The notes below the pieces were generated by a model. That model was not told where the DNA came from. It worked only from the letters and a program-made list of their open reading frames with translations, and made no database searches. Positions 16,849-27,500 of a stretch of 32,000 bases of DNA are shown piece after piece. The position numbers and the translations under genes were made by a program. Every line of letters starts with the position of its first letter. Within the stretch, counting starts at the first letter, position 1. The stretch is from Methanosphaera stadtmanae DSM 3091. GTDB lineage: Archaea; Methanobacteriota; Methanobacteria; Methanobacteriales; Methanobacteriaceae. The stretch covers positions 1,230,001 to 1,262,000 of the forward strand of contig NC_007681.1 in NCBI RefSeq assembly GCF_000012545.1, read 5' to 3'.

Positions 16849-18021
16849 ATCACCGACAGATTTGTTAGTATATATAATAAAGAAATAGACTATAATTTAC
16901 CTGATAAAATAAATATATATGATACTACACTAAGAGATGGTGAACAAACACCAGGAGTATGTTTTTCACTTGAAGAAAAACTTGAAATAGCACATAAATT
17001 AGATGAACTTGGAATACCACAAATAGAAGCAGGTTTTCCAATAGTTTCAGAAAATGAAAAACAAACAGTAAAAACAATTGCTAATGAAGGACTAGATGCT
17101 CAAATAATCTGTTTAACAAGAACTAAAAAGGAAGACATTGATGCGGCATTAGATGCTGATGTAGATGGAATAATAACATTTATGGGATTATCAGACCTAC
17201 ATCTAGAAGTTAAAATAAACAAACCACGAGATGTAGTAAATCAAATATGTATGGATGCAATAGATTATGGTAAGGATCATGGACTATTTGTAGCATTCTC
17301 TGCTGAAGATGCAACAAGAACAGAACTTCCAAAACTTCTTGATGTATATAAACAAGCACAAGATCATGGAGCAGACAGAATTCATATAGCAGATACAACA
17401 GGTTCAATAAATCCATATGCAACACAGTACTTAGTAAAAAATATTAAAAAAGAAATAGATACAGAAATAGCACTACACTGTCATAATGACTTTGGATTTG
17501 CAGTTGCAAATTCCATTGCAGGATTATTTGAAGGCGCAACTGCAATATCTACAACAGTAAATGGTATAGGTGAAAGAGCAGGAAATGCCTCTCTAGAAGA
17601 ATTAATAATGTCATTAAAACTATTATATAATAAGGATTTAGGATTTAAAACAGAAGTAATCTATGAACTATCACAACTTGTATCAAAATATAGTAAAATT
17701 CCAATATCAGATAGTAAAGCTATAGTTGGAAACAATGTATTTAGACATGAATCAGGAATACATGTAGATGCAATAGTAAAAAATCCATTAGCATATGAAC
17801 CATTCATTCCAGAAATGATTGGAACAAAAAGACAAATAGTTCTAGGAAAACATTCAGGTAAATCAGCAGTAATAGAAAAATTAGACACATTAAATATAAA
17901 AGTAGATGACACACAATTATCACAAATAGTTTCCCTAGTAAAACAAGAACGTGAAAGAGGAGAAGAAATAACAAATAATAAATTCGATGAAATACTAGAA
18001 AAAGTTAATATTAAAAGATGA
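16849..18021 (+). CDS. Short-form 2-oxoacid:acetyl-CoA condensing enzyme, homocitrate synthase AksA-like (isopropylmalate/citramalate synthase family without the C-terminal regulatory domain), with proposed non-canonical ATC start
   Basis: The track ORF (17182..18021) lacks the catalytic N-terminus. The same frame is open back to TAA 16831-16833 and encodes ..DRFVSIYNKEIDYNLPDKINIYDTTLRDGEQTPGV..QIEAGFP.., followed by HCHNDFG and NGIGERAGNASLEE. There is no ATG/GTG/TTG in this frame before 17182. SD GGGGGAG (16837-16843) lies 5 nt before ATC 16849. At 390 aa the protein has no LeuA-type regulatory domain. Confidence 0.8.
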   Translation: MTDRFVSIYNKEIDYNLPDKINIYDTTLRDGEQTPGVCFSLEEKLEIAHKLDELGIPQIEAGFPIVSENEKQTVKTIANEGLDAQIICLTRTKKEDIDAALDADVDGIITFMGLSDLHLEVKINKPRDVVNQICMDAIDYGKDHGLFVAFSAEDATRTELPKLLDVYKQAQDHGADRIHIADTTGSINPYATQYLVKNIKKEIDTEIALHCHNDFGFAVANSIAGLFEGATAISTTVNGIGERAGNASLEELIMSLKLLYNKDLGFKTEVIYELSQLVSKYSKIPISDSKAIVGNNVFRHESGIHVDAIVKNPLAYEPFIPEMIGTKRQIVLGKHSGKSAVIEKLDTLNIKVDDTQLSQIVSLVKQERERGEEITNNKFDEILEKVNIKR

Positions 18022-18030
18022 GGATTAATA

Positions 18031-19278
18031 ATGAATATAAGTGAAAAAATACTTGCAAAAGCATCAAATAAGGAAGAAGTAAGTCCTGGAGATACAATTA
18101 CTGCAAATATAGATGTTGCAATGAGTCATGATGGAACAAGTCCTCCTACAATAAAAGTATTTGAAAAAATAGCTGATAAAGTATGGGATCCAGAAAAAAT
18201 AGTTCTTGTATTCGATCATGTGATTCCTGCAAACACAATCGGATCTGCTGAATTTCAACAGGTAGTAAGAGAATTTGGTAAAAAACAAAAGATTCCAAAC
18301 ATGTATATTCAAGGAGAAGGAGTTTGTCATGAAGTACTTCCAGACTATGGTCATGTAAAACCTTCAACAGTAATAGTTGGAGCAGATTCACATACATGTA
18401 CATATGGTGCTTTTGGTGCATTCTCAACAGGACTTGGAGCTACAGATCTTGCAATGGTATATGCAACTGGACAAACATGGTTTAATGTTCCAGAATCCTT
18501 AAAAATAAATGTTAATGGTACATTAAATGAAAATGTATACTCTAAAGATGTAATTCTAAAAATAATTAAGGAATTAGGTGCCTATGGTGCTACTTATAAA
18601 AGTCTTGAATTCCATGGTGATACAATTGATAATATGTCTGTAGCTAGTAGATTAACAATGACAAATATGGCAATTGAATGTGGAGCTAAAAATGGTATAA
18701 TGGTACCTAATAAACAGACAAAGGAATATCTCTCACAAAGAGGAATAACTGATTATACTATTACTACTGCTAGTAAAGATGCAGAATATGAGAAAATTTA
18801 TGACTTTGATGTTGATGATCTTCAACCACAAATTGCATGTCCACATAATGTAGATAATGTTGAAGATATAGATAAAGTAGCAGGTACTCATATAGATCAA
18901 GCAGTACTTGGTTCATGTACCAATGGACGTTATGAAGATTTACTTCAAGCAGCTGAAGTTATTGAAGGACATAAAATACATGAAGATGTTGAATTACTAG
19001 TATTCCCAGCATCAAGACATGTGTATGAAAAAGCAATAGAAACAGGTGTTATTCAAACATTACTTAAATCAAATGCAATTATATGTAATCCTGGATGTGG
19101 ACCATGTCTTGGAGCACATATGGGTGTAATGACAGACGATATGACTTGTATTTCCACTACTAATAGAAATTTCCTTGGTAGAATGGGTAGTGCTAAGTCA
19201 TATGTATATCTATCAAATCCAGCAGTTGTTGCAGCTTCAGCAATAAAAGGTGAAATTACAAATCCAAGTGAGATATAA
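18031..19278 (+). CDS. Aconitase-family dehydratase large subunit (homoaconitase AksD-like or 3-isopropylmalate dehydratase LeuC-like)
   Basis: 415 aa. Motifs GADSHTCTYGAFGAF, LGSCTNGR and PGCGPCLGAHMG (Fe-S cluster Cys ligands). SD GAGGA upstream. The gene starts 9 nt after the synthase stop. No small-subunit gene is adjacent. Confidence 0.9.
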   Translation: MNISEKILAKASNKEEVSPGDTITANIDVAMSHDGTSPPTIKVFEKIADKVWDPEKIVLVFDHVIPANTIGSAEFQQVVREFGKKQKIPNMYIQGEGVCHEVLPDYGHVKPSTVIVGADSHTCTYGAFGAFSTGLGATDLAMVYATGQTWFNVPESLKINVNGTLNENVYSKDVILKIIKELGAYGATYKSLEFHGDTIDNMSVASRLTMTNMAIECGAKNGIMVPNKQTKEYLSQRGITDYTITTASKDAEYEKIYDFDVDDLQPQIACPHNVDNVEDIDKVAGTHIDQAVLGSCTNGRYEDLLQAAEVIEGHKIHEDVELLVFPASRHVYEKAIETGVIQTLLKSNAIICNPGCGPCLGAHMGVMTDDMTCISTTNRNFLGRMGSAKSYVYLSNPAVVAASAIKGEITNPSEI

Positions 19279-19371
19279 TTTCATTTTTTCCAATTCTTTT
19301 TTTGTTATATTAATTAAAAAATAGTATTTTCCAAAAAAAAAACTTATTTTATAAAAAAAATAGATGAAAGA

Positions 19372-20223
19372 TTAGTATTGATTAATCTTTTGTTTCATGT
19401 GTTGTAACAGTTCTAAACGTACATCTTCATGTGTTAGAGCCATATCTATTGAACTTTTTAACCATTCCATAGTATTTCCTATATCATAGATTGTACCTTC
19501 AAATGTTGTTGCATAAACATCATCTTGTTCATTTATTGCATCTGTTAACTGAATTTCTCCACCAACACCAGCTTCAATAGTTCTTAATTTATCAAAAATA
19601 TCTGATGTTAATATATATCTACCAGTTATACCAAGATTTGATGGAGCTTCTTCTAATTTAGGTTTTTCAACAAGACTATCTACCTTATATATATTATCAC
19701 TTAAATGATGACCATCAACAATTCCATATCTTTCAATTTTACTCTCTGGTAATTCTTCAATTGCTATTGTAGAACCACCATATTTTTCATATACATCTAA
19801 TAATTGTTTTGTACATGGAGTTTGAGAGTAGGTTATTGTATCTCCAAGAAGTACTGCAAATGCATCACCACCTATATGTTTTTCTGCACAAGAAATTGCA
19901 TCACCTAAACCATTCTGTTTTTTCTGTCTAACATAATATATATCAGCCATGTCTGTAATTTCTTGAACTTCCTGTAAATAATCATATTTTCCCTTTTCAT
20001 TTAAACTATATTCTAATTCAAATGATCTATCAAAATGGTCTTCAATTGTACGTTTCCCTTTACCTGTTATAATTAGAATATCATCAATTCCAGAATTTAC
20101 TGCTTCTTCTACAACATACTGTATTGTTGGTTTATTAAATACAGGTAACATTTCTTTTGGCTGAGCTTTTGTTGCTGGTAAAAACCTTGTTCCTAAACCT
20201 GCTGCTGGTATTATTGCCTTCAT
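19372..20223 (-). CDS. galU: UTP--glucose-1-phosphate uridylyltransferase
   Basis: 283 aa. N-terminus MKAIIPAAGLGTRFLPATKAQPKEMLPV, and VEKP motif (LVEKPKLEEAPSNLGITGRYIL). Confidence 0.92.
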   Translation of the reverse strand: MKAIIPAAGLGTRFLPATKAQPKEMLPVFNKPTIQYVVEEAVNSGIDDILIITGKGKRTIEDHFDRSFELEYSLNEKGKYDYLQEVQEITDMADIYYVRQKKQNGLGDAISCAEKHIGGDAFAVLLGDTITYSQTPCTKQLLDVYEKYGGSTIAIEELPESKIERYGIVDGHHLSDNIYKVDSLVEKPKLEEAPSNLGITGRYILTSDIFDKLRTIEAGVGGEIQLTDAINEQDDVYATTFEGTIYDIGNTMEWLKSSIDMALTHEDVRLELLQHMKQKINQY

Positions 20224-20233
20224 TTTATTTACC

Positions 20234-21307
20234 TCATAATTTTACTATTGAATTTTCCCCTATTACAAAACTACGTCCTTTAGGATATGTTACTTTATCA
20301 GAAATTATCTTGGAATTTTGACCTAAAAGACTGTCAGTTATTCTTTTATCTGATTGTATTACTGATTCACCAATAATAATAGATGAATCAATTTCAGATT
20401 CTATTATTTTAGTATTGTTACCTATGGAGGTATATGGGCCAACATACCCCTTAATTTCACAATTGTTTCCAATTATTGCAGGTCCTTTAATTACAGATCC
20501 AGATTTAACTACTGTATTTTCACCTATAATTACTCTACCCTTGATTTTAACATTTTCTTCAATAGTTGCTCCACTACTAATATCTTTTTCAATTGTTTCA
20601 AGTATTAATTGATTAGCATCAAGAACATCCTCTGGTTTTCCAGTGTCTTTCCACCAACCTTCAACTACAAATGAATCTACATCAAAGCCATCATCAATAA
20701 GTCTTTGAATAGCATCAGTTATTTCTAATTCATTTCTCCATGAAGGTTCAATTTTATTAATTGCATCGAATATATTATTTTTAAATAGATATATTCCAAC
20801 CAATGCAAGATTGTTTTTTGGATGTTTTGGTTTTTCAACTAGATGAATTATTTTACCTTCATCATTTAATTCTGCAACACCAAATTGTCTTGGATCTTCT
20901 ACTTCTTGTAATAATAATCTTGATGAAAATTCAGATTCATCAAATCCTTCTACAAATTCTTCTATACCTGATTTTAATATATTATCTCCAAGATACATTA
21001 CAAATGAATCTCCATCAACAAAATCTTTTGCTGTTGCTGCTGCATGTGCAAGTCCTTTTGGTTCTCCCTGCATAATATAGGTAATATTTACTCCAAATTT
21101 AGTTCCATCACCTAATGCATCTTTTATTTTATTTGGCATATTTGTACCAAGTATTATTCCAATATCTGTTATTCCTGCATCACGTAAATCTTCTATAGCA
21201 TATTCTATCACAGGTTTATTTGCTATAGGAATTAATTGTTTTGGTCCTGTATGTGTTAATGGTCTTAATCTTGTTCCATGTCCACCAGATAAAATAACTC
21301 CTTTCAT
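20234..21307 (-). CDS. Sugar-1-phosphate nucleotidylyltransferase, long-form RmlA-like (glucose-1-phosphate thymidylyltransferase with a C-terminal left-handed beta-helix)
   Basis: 357 aa. N-terminus MKGVILSGGHGTRLRPLTHTGPKQLIPIANKP, and LVEKPK. The C-terminal hexapeptide-like repeats are rich in I/V-G-x-N. It lies 10 nt upstream of galU on the same strand, so the two form an operon. Confidence 0.85.
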   Translation of the reverse strand: MKGVILSGGHGTRLRPLTHTGPKQLIPIANKPVIEYAIEDLRDAGITDIGIILGTNMPNKIKDALGDGTKFGVNITYIMQGEPKGLAHAAATAKDFVDGDSFVMYLGDNILKSGIEEFVEGFDESEFSSRLLLQEVEDPRQFGVAELNDEGKIIHLVEKPKHPKNNLALVGIYLFKNNIFDAINKIEPSWRNELEITDAIQRLIDDGFDVDSFVVEGWWKDTGKPEDVLDANQLILETIEKDISSGATIEENVKIKGRVIIGENTVVKSGSVIKGPAIIGNNCEIKGYVGPYTSIGNNTKIIESEIDSSIIIGESVIQSDKRITDSLLGQNSKIISDKVTYPKGRSFVIGENSIVKL

Positions 21308-21549
21308 CTAAAATTTCTCCTAAAATAGTTAATATAAATAACTAAGTTTTATAATTATACAAGTTATATATAAAATACTTTTTTTATTTTATAGTTATTA
21401 TATCTTTTTAAGAGTTAAATTCCATTTTAGTAAAAAAAATATAATACTATAACTATTAAAAAATAATTTAAATAAAATAAAATCTAATATAATATATACT
21501 TACAACTAAGACATGTTGTAAAATAAAAATAAAGGAGGTAAAAAATTAT

Positions 21550-24123
21550 ATGAAAAAGATATATCTAATGATATTTTGTTTAATAACCATTTTATTATCA
21601 GTAACTGCAATATCTGCAACAAATGACACGAAGATACAAACTAATACAGAAAGTACACAAACTCCCCAAATTACAAATGAAAATCCAATCAATAATATGG
21701 AAAATAGTAAAGCAGATAATAATAAATTTAATATTGAATCTGCCACATCACCCACAATAAAAACATCCAATACACAACAATATGAATATACAAATACTAA
21801 AAACTTAAAAACAGAAAGTAATTCAAAAAATGTTATTAATTTAACACCAACTACATTCAATCAAAGTAGTATTAACGATGCAAAAAATAATTCTGATATA
21901 TACTTCTCAAAAGGAAAATATTATCTTAATTCCATGATAATAGATAAGAATATTAGAATTATTGGTGAAAATAAAACTAACACAATACTTATAGCAAATT
22001 CTACATCAAGTATTTTTACAATAAATAAAAACATAAAAATTTCATTAATAAACATAACATTACAAGATTATAATACAGACTCTAACAACACAGCAATAAT
22101 AAACAATGGAATATTAGAAATAGATAATTGTAAATTTCAGAATAATACAGGTTTAAATAAATCATTAAAAGGTGGAAGTATCTATAATACTGGAACATTA
22201 ACTGTTTCTAATTCCGAATTTATGAATAATTATGCTTCATGGGGTGCATCTATCTATAATAACAATGGAACAGTTGTTCTTAATAAATCAGAATTTAGTA
22301 AAGAAAGTACCCTTAATGTTGGTGGAAGTACATATAATATTCATGGAATTATGAATATATATGACTGTTTATATCTTGAAAATAATGGTGTAAGTGGTGC
22401 TGCTATATATAATGCATTTGGACTATTGAATGTTAATAATTCAAAATTCATAAAAAACAATGCTATATCATTTTATGGTGGAGCAATATATAATACAGGA
22501 ATTACTAATGTAAATAATTCCCAATTCTTATATAATCATGCTACTTATGATGGTGGTGCTATAACAAATACTAATAACTTCACAGCAACCAATTGTTCCT
22601 TTGAAGTAAATACTGCTGGTGGAAGTGGAGGATGTATTGAAAATATTGCATGGACAGAAAATGAAAATGGTAATTTAACACTACTTTATTGTAACTTCAC
22701 AGAAAATTCTGCAGGAGTTAATGGTGGGGCTATTGTAAATCTTAATACAACACCAGTAGCTGGAAATTATGGTACTGTTACTGCAAGAAATTGTATTTTT
22801 GAAGCAAATAGTGCTGGTGAAGTTGGTGGAGCAATATGTAACAATCAATATATTAATCTTGAATATAATGTATTTGTAGACAATGATGCTTCAACATCAA
22901 ATACTATTTATTCACTAGAATCTACAATAAAATCAGTGGAAAATAATTGGTGGGCATCTAATAATCCTAAATGGGATAGAATTGGAGTTACTCCTAAAAC
23001 ATGGGTTATTATGACATTTACAAACACCACAACATTACTTGAAAGTCTTGATACTAAACTTATTGTTACATTAAATAGTTTAAATAACAATAAAAAATTA
23101 GAAGGTACACTTCCACTAAGAAGTGTTGTGTATTTATCTGAAAATTCAACTTTCCAGGAAAACTTCCAGGAAATTAATGCTACAACAACAAATAAATGTA
23201 GTCCTGGTATGGGAAATATTAGTGCAAAGATAGATAATCAGAAAATATCACTACAACCAGTATATGCTAACATATCATATATACTAATAAACAATAATCA
23301 GACAATAAAAGTAATTTATAATTTACCCAAAACAATAGATGCTAAAAGTATTCTTAAAATCAATGGAAAGACTGCAACAGAGATTTTTAGAATAACAAAT
23401 GGTAAAAAAGAAGTAATAATGGATATTCCTGGTTATTGGAATAATAAAAATTATATGCTTCGTGTTATTTTAGTAACTAGAACAGGTGAATCACTTATAA
23501 AAGATATTAATTTAACAATACCTAAAAGAGATGTAACTACCAATGTATCAATAATAAGTAATAAAACTATTAAAGTTGGAGATACAATTCAAATAGTTGC
23601 TCATGTCATGACAGGAAATAAAAATGTTACTGGTGGAAAGGTTGTATTTAAAATAAATGGTAAGACTATTAAAACTAATGTAAAAGTTAAAAATGGTGTA
23701 GCTATTATTAATTATACTATTCCCTATTCATTTAATCCTAAAAATTATAATTTAACAGTACAATACTCTGGTAGTGATAATAAAAATGTAGCAAAAACAA
23801 GTATTCCACTAGTTGTTTCTAAACAGGATGTTCATCCAGATGTTGTTAAACCTATGCAATTACTAGGTGGCACAACAATTAGTTCAATTATTGGTCTGTT
23901 AGATACACATAATAACTATGTGTCTAATGGTAAAGTTTGTTATAAAATAAATAATAAAACAATAAAAACCAATATTTCATTAACTGATGGAGTATTTACA
24001 TTTGATTATACAACACCAGAAGTACCACCTGGTAAAAAAATACATGAAACTCTTACAATTATAATGGGTGAAAATAAAAAATATAATGCTATGAGAGTAG
24101 ATATACCTCTTATTATATATTAA
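21550..24123 (+). CDS. Adhesin-like surface protein: signal peptide, Pmp-type (GGAI) right-handed beta-helix repeats, then three Ig-like modules
   Basis: 857 aa. SD GGAGGT upstream. Signal peptide MKKIYLMIFCLITILLSVTAISA. At least 8 GG(A/S)I(Y/T/V)N repeats. The helix ends at ENNWWASNNPKW. The C-terminal modules carry GGKVVFKINGKTIKTNVKVKNGVAIINYTIP. Confidence 0.88.
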   Translation: MKKIYLMIFCLITILLSVTAISATNDTKIQTNTESTQTPQITNENPINNMENSKADNNKFNIESATSPTIKTSNTQQYEYTNTKNLKTESNSKNVINLTPTTFNQSSINDAKNNSDIYFSKGKYYLNSMIIDKNIRIIGENKTNTILIANSTSSIFTINKNIKISLINITLQDYNTDSNNTAIINNGILEIDNCKFQNNTGLNKSLKGGSIYNTGTLTVSNSEFMNNYASWGASIYNNNGTVVLNKSEFSKESTLNVGGSTYNIHGIMNIYDCLYLENNGVSGAAIYNAFGLLNVNNSKFIKNNAISFYGGAIYNTGITNVNNSQFLYNHATYDGGAITNTNNFTATNCSFEVNTAGGSGGCIENIAWTENENGNLTLLYCNFTENSAGVNGGAIVNLNTTPVAGNYGTVTARNCIFEANSAGEVGGAICNNQYINLEYNVFVDNDASTSNTIYSLESTIKSVENNWWASNNPKWDRIGVTPKTWVIMTFTNTTTLLESLDTKLIVTLNSLNNNKKLEGTLPLRSVVYLSENSTFQENFQEINATTTNKCSPGMGNISAKIDNQKISLQPVYANISYILINNNQTIKVIYNLPKTIDAKSILKINGKTATEIFRITNGKKEVIMDIPGYWNNKNYMLRVILVTRTGESLIKDINLTIPKRDVTTNVSIISNKTIKVGDTIQIVAHVMTGNKNVTGGKVVFKINGKTIKTNVKVKNGVAIINYTIPYSFNPKNYNLTVQYSGSDNKNVAKTSIPLVVSKQDVHPDVVKPMQLLGGTTISSIIGLLDTHNNYVSNGKVCYKINNKTIKTNISLTDGVFTFDYTTPEVPPGKKIHETLTIIMGENKKYNAMRVDIPLIIY

Positions 24124-24565
24124 TCACCCATTTTCTACTCTTTTTTAAAAAAAAATATTAAAAAAGCTATTTTTATACTCAAATATGTGACTCATACAAA
24201 CTATATTACTATAGATATTTAGAAAATATAAATCAATACTTTCAAAAATTGAGGTAAGTAAATTAAAAAATAAAATAAGTAAACAGGTCTCATTTTTTAG
24301 AAGAACATTTACATAGATTTCTTATTGTCTAAGATTATACATTACTAATATAAATGTTATAATTAAATTGAGTAAAAACTTGATATTAGATAATAAACCA
24401 TGAAAACGAACTTTTAGAATAAAAAAATAATCATTTTTATGAAATAATACAAGGAAATATCAATAATATGATAAATCACATGTTATTCTTTACAAAAAAT
24501 CTTAAATATACTTTGAAACTATTATAAAAAAAAGAAAAGACTAGGAATACTTAATTAAAAGTATT

Positions 24566-27500
24566 CTAGTGTGAAATTTTAGTTTTTGATATGTATGAAG
24601 GTTTTGATAAACCTCTTAGTAGGGTACTCCATTTAGGAGTAGATCCACCCCAATAATTTCCATTAATGCTATTGTGTGAATTGGATGTTGCAGTAATTGC
24701 ATTTCCAATATTTGATGCTTTATTGGATATTAAATTTGTTTTAGTTACTGTTAATTTATTTAAGTTTGCAATAGCTCCTCCACCAACTATTTTACCAGTT
24801 GCTTTATTTGATAAAAAGTCAGAATCTTTAACAGTTACATTTGCAGATATATATAATGCTCCACCAATAGATACATTCTTAGATGTTGCTGTGTTTGAAG
24901 CTAATTCACATTTATCTAGTGTTAAATTACCACTTTCATAGTAGATTGCTCCACCTGATGCTGATGATTGTGTTGCTTCAACATAGTTTTCTGATATTTT
25001 TGTATTTTGAACAGTTGCATATGTATGATATGCTTCTATTGCTCCACCTAATGCTGATTTAGATTTAGCACTATTTGATTTCAATACACTGTTATTTAAT
25101 ATCATAGCAGCATATTGTGAATAGATTGCTCCTGCTCCTGCAAAGAGTGTGTCTGTTGCTTTGTTAGATTGTAATATTGTATTGTTAATATACAAACCAG
25201 TTCCTAAACTACTTATTGCTCCACCAAGTGCATAGTTACTACCACTTACATGGTTGTTAGTAAATGAAGAGGATAATATTACAATATTTCCAAATGAAGA
25301 TTTAATTGCTCCACCAAGAATTGTTTTACCTGTAGCTTTATTTCCATTAAATTTACAGTTTTTAATTACCATTTCTCCATCTTTAAAGTAGATTGCTCCA
25401 CCACCAGTAGAGTTAGATCCTACAGCTTGGTTATTATTAAATTCAACATTATCCATTGAAGTTGTGTTGTTTATTAAACGTACAGCTCCACCTTCTGCAT
25501 TGATGTTTTTTACAGTGTTGTTAATGAATTTTACAGTAGTTAAATTCATGATACCATTTGAATAAATAGCACCAGCAGATAATAATCCAGTAGCTTTATT
25601 GTTTACAAAGTTAACTCCTTTAATAGTTAATTTTCCAATAGACGATATTGCTCCTGCACTATTTTTCTCAATACTGTAACCATTCTTAATTGTTAAGAAT
25701 TTAATTGTAACGTGTGTAATTGATGATGTTAATTTAAATATTGGTTTATATGTATCTCCACCAGTTATGATAGTTTTAGAAATACTTGAACCAACAATTG
25801 TTATTGAATTATTTAATAATATTCCAGATGCTGAATATGTTCCATCTAATAGAGTTACACATCCAAAGGTACTTACATGACCTACAGCATATGCTAATGT
25901 TTTGTATGGATGTGCTTTATCACCTAGGTTGTTATCATTACCTTTTGTACTTACATATACATTTTTTAATGATGATATTGTTAAGTTTTGAACAGTAGAT
26001 GTTGAGTTATAGTATTGGTTAGCAAGTAAAGTTGCTGAGTATTTTAAGCTTAAACCACTGAAATTATTTGGTGGTCTGTAGCTTAAGGAAGCTACTCCTT
26101 TTGTAACATTAGCTCTACCAATGAAAGTACCATTTACTTTATATTCTACAACTCCTTTTTCAACATAGTGATTAGTTTCATCTAAAACATTAACTTTTAA
26201 AACAACACTTTCTCCAACTTTAACATTGTATGGATTACCAACTACTCTTACAGATAATTGACTTACATTAAGAGTATTTAAGTTGTAACTTGAATAATAG
26301 GAATCACTACCTAAATATGTTGCATTTAATCTGTATACACCTTTAGGTATTAATTTTAAAGTATATGTGAAGTTAGCATCACCATTTTTAACTAATGCTT
26401 TACCAACTACTGTGTTATTTACTTTAAATTCCACATATCCACCATTAACTCTTTGTTGGTTTTTATCTCTTACAACTGCAGATAGAACTACAGAACTACC
26501 TGTTTTTGTTTCAGCAGCTCTTGTTGTTGTAATTGTTCCAATTTTATCCACATTTATTCTTCCACCACTAAAACTTGAAGCATATTTCCAGTAACCAGTA
26601 TATAATGCTATAATATCGAATTTTGTAGCAACATTAGTTGTTGGTTTAAAGGAATATAATGCATAACCATTTGATACATTGACTGTTTTTAGAACTTTAC
26701 CATTTAATTTAAATGTTACTTCTCCTTTCCAAACATTGTTGTTATTTTCATCAATAACAGTTGCACTTAATGAAACAGTGTCATTAATTTTAGTATTCAC
26801 AACTGGAACAACTACTTTTGTTTTAAGTTGATGTAAATATAATGTAGCATTTTTCTTTGCTCCATAAACTCTTTTATTTTCTGTACTAAATACATTGATT
26901 ATAAAAGATTTAGAGTTAAGTGTTGATGGTAATGTGTAGTTATATACTGCATAACCTGTAGCATTTGTATAACATCTACCAAATGTTTCACCATTTAATT
27001 TAAATACAACAAGTGAATTGTTAATTGGTCTGTTTAATTCATCAACAGCTTGTGCTTTAAATGATACCTTAGATCCAGCTTTTGACATAACATTACTTGT
27101 ATATATTCTTGAATTTAATTTTGTTATTGTTAAATATGATCTTACTGTAGCATTGGTATATTTTGCATTACCACTATATACAGCAGTTAATCTATATTTT
27201 CCAGGAACAAATGTTTTATTATAGTAAAATGTTGCTACACCATTAACTACTTTTATTTTATCAGAAATTGTGGTTCCTTTTATTTTAAAAACAACATTTC
27301 CTGTTGCATCAGATGCTAATTTTACTTTAATTGGTATTACTTTTAAGTATTTACCAGTAACATTATTTAATTGCATGTTAGGATTTTTACCTGATTCAAT
27401 ATCTAATTCCACTATGGTACTTACAGATTTTTTTAGATATTTTGAATCACCTGAATAAACAAAAGTTAAGTTATATGTTTTTGAATGGAATGATGTTGGA

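Noticed and set aside
17182-18021. The track's 279-aa version of the synthase, starting at ATG 17182
   Set aside because: It would lack the DTTLRDGEQ substrate and metal-binding region, which is encoded in-frame directly upstream with no intervening stop. It also has no SD of its own.
24124-24565. The 440-nt convergent intergenic region between the two giant adhesin genes, examined for an RNA gene or repeats
   Set aside because: It contains only AT-rich sequence with T/A runs consistent with bidirectional termination. There is no GC-rich island, no extended hairpin and no similarity to other parts of the window.
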